A stretch of DNA of 64,000 bases from a virus. Below are positions 47,453 to 56,742 of this stretch, piece by piece (position 1 is the stretch's first letter; each line of letters starts with the position of its first letter). The stretch lies in IMG/VR virus record IMGVR_UViG_3300032050_000036, positions 32,001 through 96,000 of that record; one strand, given 5' to 3'. Both the position numbers and the translations under genes were made by a program. The notes under the pieces were generated by a model. It did not search any database, was not told the origin of the DNA, and saw only the letters and a list, made by a program, of their open reading frames with translations.

Positions 47453-47540
47453 TGGACGACACGCCCGAAAAACAGGGCAAAATGTCAGTGGTAGGGTATA
47501 GCATACAGGTATTAGATAGAAAAAAAGAAAGGAAGTCAAA

Positions 47541-47693
47541 ATGACTAACACATACGAAAAACTTCACCCAATCTGCTCTACATGCGGACATGTCAATTCT
47601 TTTGAAAGTTGGGAAATGATTTGCCCAACAGATAAGACATACAAGACACGAGAGGTCTTGACCTTCACAGAGTCAGGCTACTATGTGAAGTAA
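47541..47693 (+). CDS. Small early protein (50 aa)
   Basis: AGAAAGGA RBS; CSTCGH. Confidence 0.65.
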   Translation: MTNTYEKLHPICSTCGHVNSFESWEMICPTDKTYKTREVLTFTESGYYVK

Positions 47694-47777
47694 ATCACAC
47701 AAAAGGGGTAGCCACAGACCCCCAAAATGTCAGTGGCAGGGGATAGAATAAGATTACTAAATAGAAAGGATAACTAA

Positions 47778-47954
47778 ATGAAAACACTTAGTTACACAGC
47801 AGAAAAAGATAACACTCTTGTTTCTGTATCAAATCGCCTTATGGTTAGCGAGTATCAAATAAATAACCTACTAGATAGCCTAGTAGCAAATGGCTACACT
47901 ATCCTCACCACAGAGGTGAATGACGGAGATTACTCCCCACATTGGCAAGGCTAA
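47778..47954 (+). CDS. Small early protein (58 aa)
   Basis: AGAAAGGA RBS; MKTLSYTAEKD. Confidence 0.65.
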   Translation: MKTLSYTAEKDNTLVSVSNRLMVSEYQINNLLDSLVANGYTILTTEVNDGDYSPHWQG

Positions 47955-48004
47955 CCCTTGTCAGTGCTACCTGATACACTTACATTATTAGAAAGGATAA
48001 ATAA

Positions 48005-48121
48005 ATGATAAACACACTAACTAGAATAAACTGCGATGAGTGCCACGGGCACGGAGTTATCTTTTGGGGTAACGATGAGGATTATGATGTAGAACCTTGC
48101 GAGTGTGTGGCTAATGGCTAA
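48005..48121 (+). CDS. Small zinc-finger protein (38 aa)
   Basis: AGAAAGGA RBS; CDECHGHG...EDYDVEPCEC. Confidence 0.65.
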   Translation: MINTLTRINCDECHGHGVIFWGNDEDYDVEPCECVANG

Positions 48122-48228
48122 CTACTCAGCAGAACAACTACGCAGAAAGGCTCACCTTGCTAGAGGTGGAACACTTGCCAACTATGACCGCTCACATTAT
48201 GATAAAATAACAATAGGAGAAAATAAAA

Positions 48229-48426
48229 ATGATACCAATCAGACTAACAACAACTAACGGAGAGAGTAAGACAATGAACCTTCCAAATAGAGAAACAGTA
48301 GAAACTTTTATTACTACTTTCTCTAGTTCATTACCATTAGGCTATGCTGTATGTATAGACGCACCTCTCATTGGAATACACAATGGGTGGTTATTTGGAA
48401 AAAAGGAGCCAGCAGTACAAAAGTAA
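48229..48426 (+). CDS. Hypothetical protein
   Basis: AGGAG RBS; 65 aa. Confidence 0.65.
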   Translation: MIPIRLTTTNGESKTMNLPNRETVETFITTFSSSLPLGYAVCIDAPLIGIHNGWLFGKKEPAVQK

Positions 48427-48439
48427 ATCCTCCCCCTAG

Positions 48440-48489
48440 TAGTGAGCACAGAAAATAGATCCTTCAAAGTTGTGCTCACTATTTTTTTT
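48440..48489 (+). terminator. Intrinsic terminator
   Basis: TAGTGAGCACA...TGTGCTCACTA followed by a T8 run. Confidence 0.8.
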
Positions 48490-48579
48490 GTTTTATTTTT
48501 ATTATTTCTGTATCATACATATTAGCAAAAAATTCAGATTTTTGTCATTTTGGTTTTGGGTATGCTGTATAATAAATAC

Positions 48580-48969
48580 ATGATATTCCATAAGCACATG
48601 CTAGTAAACGCAAAAGTGTCTAATCCCATACGATCAGAAGATGAGGCGGTAGAGTTTCTAAAAGACTTAGTTCGCAGGGTAGACATGAAGATCATTAAAG
48701 GACCATTTGCTTCATATGTAGATGCTCCTGGCAACAAAGGTTTAACAGCAATCGTTATGATTGAAACAAGTCACATAGCATTTCACATCTGGGACGAGGT
48801 AGATCCAGGATTACTACAATTCGACCTATACACATGCGGTAGCCTAGATAAATTCACGGTACTTAATGCATTAAATCAAAGATTTGACATTAAGGCCATT
48901 GACTGGGTTATCTATGACAGAGAGAATGGTTTCGTAGTTGAAGACATCTATATGTCGGAGAATCGCTAA
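48580..48969 (+). CDS. speD: Pyruvoyl-dependent S-adenosylmethionine decarboxylase family
   Basis: GLT...IETSHIAFH.W and DLYTCG; leaderless after TATAAT. Confidence 0.8.
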   Translation: MIFHKHMLVNAKVSNPIRSEDEAVEFLKDLVRRVDMKIIKGPFASYVDAPGNKGLTAIVMIETSHIAFHIWDEVDPGLLQFDLYTCGSLDKFTVLNALNQRFDIKAIDWVIYDRENGFVVEDIYMSENR

Positions 48970-49111
48970 TGTCAGAATCGCAAAAAATTTCAGAAATTGA
49001 TAATATGGGTCGTGAAAAGTTTTGGGAAGATTTAGGAAGACCAGAAAACGATGGTTTGGCACTTAAGATATTTAAAGAAGAATGTTGCGAAAACTGTTCT
49101 TGTAAAAATAA

Positions 49112-49792
49112 TTAATTTACTTTAGTTTTCTTAATAAGGTCTACAATACTTAGACTGTCATTTTCTGCTAGAAGTTCTCTTAATCCAAATGAAACTTTTC
49201 TATGTTCTAATTCAAACCAATGAAACATAGGCATAGTATGTCTACGTGTTGGGCCATTAGGATTTTCTAAAACCTTTAATACCTCATGCTTAAAGTGACA
49301 GGGAAAAAATACACATGTTCCCTTTTTAGGTTTGATAGTAATGTTGTAATCTGGAAAACGAATCTCTCCTCCAAGGTATTCATCGTTTAGGTACATAAGG
49401 CAGCCTATATCTAAAAATGGCCAATCTGGAGGGGTATCAAGACCATCTGCATGCTCTCCTAAAGCAGCATCTACTTGCCACCTAATAAGTTCATATCCAC
49501 TATGCCCCCTATAGCCTTTGATATCTAATCCTCGATCAAATATAAATCTTTTTGCTGCTTCTAGCATAGAGAGTCTTTCGTATTTATACATTATCTCTAT
49601 AACTTCTTTATCGTCAATTATGGTTTTATATTCTGTAGATTGTCCACCATATATTGGCTCAACATATGCAACATCTTTAAGAGATGTCACTGGAACTTTT
49701 GAGTAGAAAGAGTTAAGAACCTTTAAATCTTCTTCTTTAATAAAATTAGGAGCAACCTGTATCATATGATCATAGTGATATATGTCGTTCAT
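49112..49792 (-). CDS. 2OG-Fe(II) oxygenase, prolyl-4-hydroxylase-like
   Basis: HAD, MYLNDEYLGGE, FFP...HEV..V...R. Confidence 0.85.
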   Translation of the reverse strand: MNDIYHYDHMIQVAPNFIKEEDLKVLNSFYSKVPVTSLKDVAYVEPIYGGQSTEYKTIIDDKEVIEIMYKYERLSMLEAAKRFIFDRGLDIKGYRGHSGYELIRWQVDAALGEHADGLDTPPDWPFLDIGCLMYLNDEYLGGEIRFPDYNITIKPKKGTCVFFPCHFKHEVLKVLENPNGPTRRHTMPMFHWFELEHRKVSFGLRELLAENDSLSIVDLIKKTKVN

Positions 49793-49793
49793 T

Positions 49794-49994
49794 TTACCAC
49801 TTCCCTATTGGACATGTTGCTAACTTTAAGGTTGTCTTAAGTTTCATAAAACAACCACATTTCTTACATTTTACCATACGCTTATTAAACCATTCGCATG
49901 AGTTACATATTTTAAGGCGGGATTCAATTAATTCTCTATCGCTTCTTGGTTGAGAAGGATCAAATAAATCAGAGAATCTAACCTCTTCACTCAT
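49794..49994 (-). CDS. Cys-rich small protein (DUF6171-like)
   Basis: RLKIC.SC...C.KCGCFM..KT......CPIGKW. Confidence 0.75.
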   Translation of the reverse strand: MSEEVRFSDLFDPSQPRSDRELIESRLKICNSCEWFNKRMVKCKKCGCFMKLKTTLKLATCPIGKW

Positions 49995-50995
49995 TACAAG
50001 ATATAACCATTATCCTTTAATGTATTATATATCTTATCGCTAATTGCTTCCATCATTGGTCTTTGTTGCTTATGCCACTCTTCAAGTTGAGTTAGATCTT
50101 GGTTTGCAGCCTTAGCCATATCTGTATTTTCTTTTTCAACAGCAGCAACCATTAGTTTAATCGCCTTTGATCTTTTTTCTTTTTCTTCATTGCTTTCTAG
50201 AACTGGGTCTGTAGGCTTAAATTGTCCTACAACTAAATTACCCATTTCTTCTTCTGAAAAATTTCCAGCCATTTCTGTCTCCTTTTTATTTAGTCTATCT
50301 ATTGTATCACTTATTCGTTTTTGTGCAATGCTGTATTGCTCTATAGAAATATCATTATATACATATTTACGATTAAGTTTTATAGATGAAACAGCAGCAG
50401 TGCCTGTTCCACCAAATATATCTGCTACAACATCTCCTGGTTTAGAGTAGTTATCTATTAAAATAGAAGACAGAGATTCTGGGAAACAGTCATAGACAAA
50501 TCCTAGGTTATTATATTTTTCTAAATCTTCTTTGTCTGTGTTCCAGGGTAACTGTATGATAAAGTTATTCAACTTTTCATAGTTAGATGATTGTTGATTA
50601 ATTTTATTTAATATAATAATTAATGCAAACTCATCTCCATTTATAACTCTTCCATCATTAATAAAAGAACTGTCTCTATAATCCCAAATTATTGTTTTAT
50701 TAATATATAAATCGGTCTCTTTTATTTTTGCAATAATGTCAAATGAACTGCTATTATTTTTTAATATTATTAATATATTTCCATTATCTTTCAATGCATA
50801 AGACATATGCTTTAAAGAATTCACAAATAGTTGAAGGTATTCGTCATATTCATTATTTTGTATTTGTCTAGTTAGATCTCCACCATAATGAACTTTATTT
50901 GACACAAAATAGGGCGGGTGACTTAAAAATAAATCAACACTCTTTGGCTCTAAAAAAAAATCTGTAGCATCTTTATTATATATCAGATTACTCAT
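49994..50995 (-). CDS. DNA N6-adenine/N4-cytosine methyltransferase with C-terminal extension
   Basis: SVDL...HPPY, FPE.L and DIFGGTGT. Confidence 0.8.
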   Translation of the reverse strand: MSNLIYNKDATDFFLEPKSVDLFLSHPPYFVSNKVHYGGDLTRQIQNNEYDEYLQLFVNSLKHMSYALKDNGNILIILKNNSSSFDIIAKIKETDLYINKTIIWDYRDSSFINDGRVINGDEFALIIILNKINQQSSNYEKLNNFIIQLPWNTDKEDLEKYNNLGFVYDCFPESLSSILIDNYSKPGDVVADIFGGTGTAAVSSIKLNRKYVYNDISIEQYSIAQKRISDTIDRLNKKETEMAGNFSEEEMGNLVVGQFKPTDPVLESNEEKEKRSKAIKLMVAAVEKENTDMAKAANQDLTQLEEWHKQQRPMMEAISDKIYNTLKDNGYIL

Positions 50996-50997
50996 AC

Positions 50998-51765
50998 TCA
51001 CCAATCCATTTTATCATAATACGTAACAGAGTATTCTCCACCAAACACTTCAGCATATGAGAAAATATCACACATATATTTCCTGGTTGTTGTCAAACCA
51101 ACTTTATCGGTTTGATATTTATATCCCCTATTCAATGTTTCATGTGAAACCTTCTCTTGAACGAAAGCCTCATTAAGGGTTTGTATATACCGATCTTTGC
51201 CATACCGCTTTGACGTAAAGGATTGGTTTGGATATTTGATTCGTATACCGTCGTCAATTTGTCTGGCATCTTCGGTTTCATAAATAACATATTCCACTGC
51301 AGGACAAACCATCCTATCAGACCATGTTCGCATGTTATCGCTGTAATTATCCATATTGCGTAGGGTTGAATCAGCGTATGCCATGCGTATCATCTCTGTC
51401 GCCGATGTTTTAATTCCTGTTGCGAACGCAATTAAATAAGCGGTTGCGAATGGAAATTTGTCGCTGTACTTAGTTATGCCGAAATGAATATTGGGGTTAA
51501 AACTTTTCGACGACATATTGTCATTTTGTAAACGCATATGATTGCCGATTGAAACATAATCTGGGTGATTCATATCGCAGTCAACAAACAAACAATCTCT
51601 GGGACTAATTCCATCCGAAAGACAAAGAATATTCTTGTCATACGTGCCAACAACTTTTGCTCCGTTATAACGATTTAATAACTGCGCCGAAACAAAACCG
51701 TCCATATCTGGGGAAATTATTAAATTTGTAGAATACTCCAGTGTGCGTAGTATCTCAGTTTTCAT
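50998..51765 (-). CDS. DHH-like phosphoesterase
   Basis: SPDMDG, FVDCD, GNH and YADS. Confidence 0.55.
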   Translation of the reverse strand: MKTEILRTLEYSTNLIISPDMDGFVSAQLLNRYNGAKVVGTYDKNILCLSDGISPRDCLFVDCDMNHPDYVSIGNHMRLQNDNMSSKSFNPNIHFGITKYSDKFPFATAYLIAFATGIKTSATEMIRMAYADSTLRNMDNYSDNMRTWSDRMVCPAVEYVIYETEDARQIDDGIRIKYPNQSFTSKRYGKDRYIQTLNEAFVQEKVSHETLNRGYKYQTDKVGLTTTRKYMCDIFSYAEVFGGEYSVTYYDKMDW

Positions 51766-51798
51766 TTTTTTAAAATTCCCCTTATAATATGTTTTGTT

Positions 51799-52053
51799 AT
51801 GTCAATCGAATCTTGGGCAGCGTTAATTGTTTCGATATGTACCATTGTAGCATTTGCTGCAGGAAGTATCAAGTGGATGGTAAAACATTATTTAGATGAA
51901 CTTAAGCCCAATTCTGGATCTTCAATAAAAGATCAAATTACACGTTTAGAACAAACATCAAAATTAGCAGAAGAAGATAGAAAAGAACTTCACAGAAAAA
52001 TAGATAAGATGTTTGATGTTTTGCTAGATCATATATCTAAAACTACCAAATAG
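51799..52053 (+). CDS. Single-TM coiled-coil protein
   Basis: TM helix, then ELKPNSGSS.KD...RLE. Confidence 0.7.
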   Translation: MSIESWAALIVSICTIVAFAAGSIKWMVKHYLDELKPNSGSSIKDQITRLEQTSKLAEEDRKELHRKIDKMFDVLLDHISKTTK

Positions 52054-52268
52054 TTAATATATATTATATATAAAGAGATTTTATCTCTGAGGGAAAGTCC
52101 CCCCCTCCCCCCATAGATTTTTTATTACATCTACTGGCGAGAAGTGAGTTTTATCTCTAGTGCAAAGTCCCCCACAAACCCTATAAACACTATACCACAA
52201 ACTTTTATCTACTACAAACATTGTAAAGCAATATGTCCGTTTTATACCTTTATGATATACTTTTAATT

Positions 52269-52315
52269 GCTTGCCCCTTCGGTCTGTCTCTCATACCCAC
52301 CGACCTGGGGGCAAG
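52269..52315 (+). ncRNA. Candidate hairpin small RNA
   Basis: TGATATACT at 52253-52261; stem CTTGCCCC..TCGGT/ACCGA..GGGGCAAG with a C/U-rich loop. Confidence 0.45.
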
Positions 52316-52344
52316 TCCATATTTCGTGGTATAATCTTTCTATT

Positions 52345-52743
52345 ATGGCAAATCTCTGTGCTCCCGAAATTTTTGGTGCTGATCCAGTTACCATTCAGTG
52401 GAGAGCAGTTCGTGGAGATACAGCAACATTAAGAGTAGAATTTTATGAAGACGATGAAGTAACTTACTATAATACAGAGGGTTGGATTTATCGTTGTACC
52501 GCCTATGATCAGTCAGGAAATGTTTTAGATGCCCTCGATTGTGAGCCAGGAGAAGGTTTTGTAGATATTACTGCCTTTGCCTCTGTTACAAAAAACTGGG
52601 GTAGTGGATATTTAGCAAATGTTGCAGAATTACCATTTGACGTGCAGGTAATTATTCCAGAAGAAATAGAAGACATTGTTTGGACACCAGTTGTTGGAAC
52701 AATTTATGTTATTGGTGATGTTACACCAGGAGGTACTTTATAA
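52345..52743 (+). CDS. Virion structural protein (tail/baseplate region)
   Basis: VRGDT...FDVQ...T.V.GTI.V..DVT pattern shared with 54364 and 63215. Confidence 0.65.
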   Translation: MANLCAPEIFGADPVTIQWRAVRGDTATLRVEFYEDDEVTYYNTEGWIYRCTAYDQSGNVLDALDCEPGEGFVDITAFASVTKNWGSGYLANVAELPFDVQVIIPEEIEDIVWTPVVGTIYVIGDVTPGGTL

Positions 52744-53627
52744 TGGCAGTTATTAAGATTGTTCCTATGCCAGGCGCAAAAGGAGATCAGGGAGATGCAG
52801 GCTCTGTAGGTCCACAAGGTCCTCAAGGAGAAACTGGTGCAACAGGTTCAGCAGGTGCCGATGCTGTATGGTATTACAATGGTGCTTATAATCCAGGTGC
52901 AGCATATGCAGTTGGCGATATAGTTACATATGAAGGACAAACCTGGTATCGCAAAAATGCAAATGGTGGAAATGTTGGAGATACACCATCTGAAGGATTG
53001 TTTTGGGATTTAATTGCAGCAAAAGGCGAACCTGGCTTAAATGGTCTTGAAGGAGAAACTGGTCCACAAGGAGAACAGGGAATTCAAGGTGAACAAGGAC
53101 CACAAGGTTTACAGGGAGAGCAAGGATTGCAAGGAATTCCAGGACCTCAAGGAGAACCTGGATCAATTACAAATTTAAAATTTGGATCATTTTTTGATAC
53201 AACAGTTCAAACTGGCGGATCAATAAAACCATTTGAATTAAACTCAACAGATGTAAGTAATGGAGTTTCTATTGTAGATGGTTCACATATTACAATGACA
53301 ACACTTGGAATTTATAATATTGCATTCTCTGCACAATTACAAAAAACAGGTGGATCTTCTGCAGATATTTATATTTGGTTAAGACATAATGGAGTAGATG
53401 TTCCAGACACTGCAACAATAATTCATATGGCAAACAATAATACATTTAATGTTGCTGCATGGAACTTCTTTGTTGATTGCAATACACTTCCACAAGATTT
53501 TCAGTTAATGTGGTATACAGAATCTACAAGCGTTTCTATTGGGGCAATTAGCGATGCTGTTACTCCAGTTGGAGTTCCTTCTATACCGTCGATTATTTTG
53601 ACAGTAAACAAAGTCGGAGACCTATAA
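52743..53627 (+). CDS. Collagen-like fibre protein with carbohydrate-binding-like insert
   Basis: Gly-X-Y runs; YAVGDIVTYEG module; beta-rich C-terminal domain. Confidence 0.8.
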   Translation: MAVIKIVPMPGAKGDQGDAGSVGPQGPQGETGATGSAGADAVWYYNGAYNPGAAYAVGDIVTYEGQTWYRKNANGGNVGDTPSEGLFWDLIAAKGEPGLNGLEGETGPQGEQGIQGEQGPQGLQGEQGLQGIPGPQGEPGSITNLKFGSFFDTTVQTGGSIKPFELNSTDVSNGVSIVDGSHITMTTLGIYNIAFSAQLQKTGGSSADIYIWLRHNGVDVPDTATIIHMANNNTFNVAAWNFFVDCNTLPQDFQLMWYTESTSVSIGAISDAVTPVGVPSIPSIILTVNKVGDL

Positions 53628-53636
53628 GGTTAATCC

Positions 53637-54356
53637 ATGGCTGTTTCAAAATCCATGGACTTTCCATCAAGTAAAAAATCAAGTTATGCTGCACAAGTTG
53701 TAGAAACTCAAAATACTAATACTGATGTTTTAATTAATTATGTTCCTGTCCCTGGCCCAATGGGACCACAAGGACCTGCTGGGGTACCTGGACCTCAAGG
53801 ACCTGCAGGAAAAGACGGGATTCAGGGACCCAAGGGCGAAAGAGGCATACCTGGTAAAGACGGTCTAAGTTCTTTATCTGTATCTGGACAACAGGCAGGC
53901 TGGGGATCATATTTTAATCAAAACAGAAAAGAAATAAGATTAGGAGCAAATCAGGGAGAAGATGGCTGGGTCAGTGTTTGGGTAGATTCAAAGGGTATCA
54001 ATACAAATGAAAAATATTTACCAGAAGGATGCACCAGCCTTTGGAATGAGCATCAAAGAATGCTTAATTTTCATGGCCTTAAAATAGGATGTCAGGTGTT
54101 TGTAACATATAATTTTGAACTTACTACACATAGCAATAATACAGAGGTTTGGCTTAGAACCTTTTTCCCTAAATCTACCACAGAAATTTCACAATATGTA
54201 GCGTCGTTAAAATATCAATATGTTTATAATATGTATGTTACTCAACAATTTTTTATAGAAGATAGTGCAATGTGGTCTTCTGGAGCGATACCTCAAATTA
54301 GAACTGACTACGACTCCTCATTATTAATGAATTCCATCTACGTTAGCGTGGTATAA
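53637..54356 (+). CDS. Collagen-like fibre protein
   Basis: GPMGPQGPAGVPGPQG Gly-X-Y run. Confidence 0.8.
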   Translation: MAVSKSMDFPSSKKSSYAAQVVETQNTNTDVLINYVPVPGPMGPQGPAGVPGPQGPAGKDGIQGPKGERGIPGKDGLSSLSVSGQQAGWGSYFNQNRKEIRLGANQGEDGWVSVWVDSKGINTNEKYLPEGCTSLWNEHQRMLNFHGLKIGCQVFVTYNFELTTHSNNTEVWLRTFFPKSTTEISQYVASLKYQYVYNMYVTQQFFIEDSAMWSSGAIPQIRTDYDSSLLMNSIYVSVV

Positions 54357-54363
54357 TAATTGC

Positions 54364-54798
54364 ATGGCATTTCCTGGAACATACAATATTTCATACTACA
54401 TGGGGGACACTTACGAGTTTAGGGTATATCCCAAAACAGCAAGTGGAGATGTTTATTCTTTATCTCCATTTGTTTATGATGATGATAACAATCCAGCAAC
54501 TGCTGATTTTGATAGTGCCATTTTTGCTTTTGCAGAAGAAAAAGCAGTAGGAGGTTCAAATCCTCCAGAACCATCGGGCTATCATAAATGTTATGCTAAA
54601 ATTTCTGATGATAAGTCATACATAACTTGTGCAATAAGACCAGAAGATGCAGCATATTTAGATCCTACAAAAACATATGTTTATGATGTACAGGTAAGTA
54701 AGCCAGCAGGTGGTGGAGACTATAAAACAGTTATAACTTTAATGACTGGAAGCATAAGTGTTACAGGTCAGGTTATTATTGCTGAGAATATAGGATAA
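54364..54798 (+). CDS. Virion structural protein
   Basis: Leaderless; GDT...YVYDVQ...TLMTG.I.V. Confidence 0.65.
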   Translation: MAFPGTYNISYYMGDTYEFRVYPKTASGDVYSLSPFVYDDDNNPATADFDSAIFAFAEEKAVGGSNPPEPSGYHKCYAKISDDKSYITCAIRPEDAAYLDPTKTYVYDVQVSKPAGGGDYKTVITLMTGSISVTGQVIIAENIG

Positions 54799-54799
54799 A

Positions 54800-55372
54800 A
54801 TGGCAGAAGTTGTATTAAGTACAGAAGATTTGGTTGTTTTAGGTGGGCCAGATACCATCAATGTTGAAGTAGACTTCGGGCCACAAGGTGATCGTGGTAG
54901 TTTAATATTTGTAGGAAATGGAAAGCCAGATTTAATAGATATTGGGCAAGACCCCAATGTATTTGATCTTTATATAAACCTTCTTAAAACTGATGACGAA
55001 TATTTAATGATTTATCAATATGTAGAATCTTTAGGATCGTTACAGTGGCAAACTTTAACAAAGTTAATTCCTAATACATATGTAACAAATCAAAGCATTA
55101 ATTTTGATACCGTCAATTATTGCTATGTTCCAATTGCATCAATCGTAGATCCTTCATATGTAGGAAATACAGATGCATCTAATTTTAGCGTACAGGTAAC
55201 ATTTGGAACTTCGGCAGGGTATCCAATTGTAAGTTCAATCAAAACAGAAGTTGTCACAGTTAGTGGTATAGAAAATTTAAAAATAACATTTTATGCTAAG
55301 GAATTTGACGGAGCCAATTGGATTGACATAACTGGATCTAGAACGGCTAACCTTCACATTTCGGTGGTATAA
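54800..55372 (+). CDS. Virion structural protein
   Basis: GPQGDRGS; tail module context. Confidence 0.6.
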   Translation: MAEVVLSTEDLVVLGGPDTINVEVDFGPQGDRGSLIFVGNGKPDLIDIGQDPNVFDLYINLLKTDDEYLMIYQYVESLGSLQWQTLTKLIPNTYVTNQSINFDTVNYCYVPIASIVDPSYVGNTDASNFSVQVTFGTSAGYPIVSSIKTEVVTVSGIENLKITFYAKEFDGANWIDITGSRTANLHISVV

Positions 55373-55389
55373 TCTAGGGGGTGATGTAA

Positions 55390-56742
55390 GTGGCAGTTGA
55401 AGATATAGGTAATTTATGGAATACCAAGCAGCCAGGTTATGATGATACGGCTGATATTCAGGCAGCCCTAAAAGCATTTCTGTATGGAAGTTATACTTAT
55501 GACCCTACAAATACAGATCCTACACAACTTCCAAATCCATCATTAGCAAAGCATTTACAAGGTTTGAGTGATAGGTTAACAGACCAGGAAGAACTTGGAA
55601 TAGGTTCTGATTATCTTACACTTGCACAGATTGCAGCATTGTCATCTCCAGAAGACGGATATATTGCTATGGCATCTGACTCTAATGGTGGAGCAGTTGA
55701 ATCTTTATATGCCTCCGCATTTTACACAAATGAGGCACCTACAACAGACATTGTAGATGGAGTTCTCTGGGTAGATAAAGATTCTGATGCACTTGATACT
55801 TATGTTTATAATGAAACAGATGATGAGTGGGTAAGAATAAACGATTTAAAAAATATTATTGCAGCAAAGGGAGATTTGCTTGTTGGAACAGCAGCAGAAG
55901 GTCTAGATAATCTTACAGTTGGTGCAAATGGAACAGTCTTAACTGCAGACAACACTCAGCCACTCGGCATTAAATGGGAAGCACCTTCAGTTTATTCACA
56001 GCCAACACTTGGAACAACAGTAATTGCTTCTGGTGCAACAGTAACTAATGTTAATGGTTTAACAATTAACTCAACAACAATTCCAACATCTAAAACTTTA
56101 GTTGCAACTGATTCAACAGCATATGTTGTGCCACCAATGTCAGGTAATGCAGGAAAATATTTAACAAATGACGGATCAACACCATCATGGGCAACAGTAT
56201 CTTCTTCAAGTGGATTAACTTTAATTACATCTCAAAGTTTTACTAACAGTACATCTGTACAAATTAATAACTGTTTTTCATCAACCTATAGAAATTATAG
56301 AGTTATGTTATCAATAACAGGAATTTCTGCTCAATCAACAAACGTATACTTTAGATATAGTTCTGGAGGAACTCCAAATAGCAGTGCTATTTATTCATTT
56401 ACCGCATTAGATGGCGGACCAACATCATCTCCAACAGCATCTGCTGGAAGAAATCTTACCGCTACACAATTTGAATGCGGATACTATGATCCAGGATACA
56501 GCCCAAACAATCAAATGCCATATTACGCAACTATGGATATTTTTGCTCCGTATATTGGACAATATGAAAAAGGCATGCTTGGATTTAGTTGTTCTACATA
56601 TGCTACTGCCCCAATAAATACCTATGTTAAGTTCTGGTCTGGTTGGTGTTTATCTAATGCATCATTTGATGGATTCCAGATAAGGCCACAAGGCGCAGAT
56701 GGAATTACTGGTATTATTAGGGTCTACGGGTACCAGGATTAG
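55390..56742 (+). CDS. Tail fibre protein
   Basis: LWVD, AKGDLLV, VGANGTVL.AD, GKYLT.DG and terminal IRVYGY. Confidence 0.75.
   Translation: MAVEDIGNLWNTKQPGYDDTADIQAALKAFLYGSYTYDPTNTDPTQLPNPSLAKHLQGLSDRLTDQEELGIGSDYLTLAQIAALSSPEDGYIAMASDSNGGAVESLYASAFYTNEAPTTDIVDGVLWVDKDSDALDTYVYNETDDEWVRINDLKNIIAAKGDLLVGTAAEGLDNLTVGANGTVLTADNTQPLGIKWEAPSVYSQPTLGTTVIASGATVTNVNGLTINSTTIPTSKTLVATDSTAYVVPPMSGNAGKYLTNDGSTPSWATVSSSSGLTLITSQSFTNSTSVQINNCFSSTYRNYRVMLSITGISAQSTNVYFRYSSGGTPNSSAIYSFTALDGGPTSSPTASAGRNLTATQFECGYYDPGYSPNNQMPYYATMDIFAPYIGQYEKGMLGFSCSTYATAPINTYVKFWSGWCLSNASFDGFQIRPQGADGITGIIRVYGYQD

Noticed and set aside
48440-48481. Sixth pseudoknot copy (TGAGCA...TGCTCA)
   Set aside because: Simple long hairpin with a U-tract and no stem 1; an ordinary terminator
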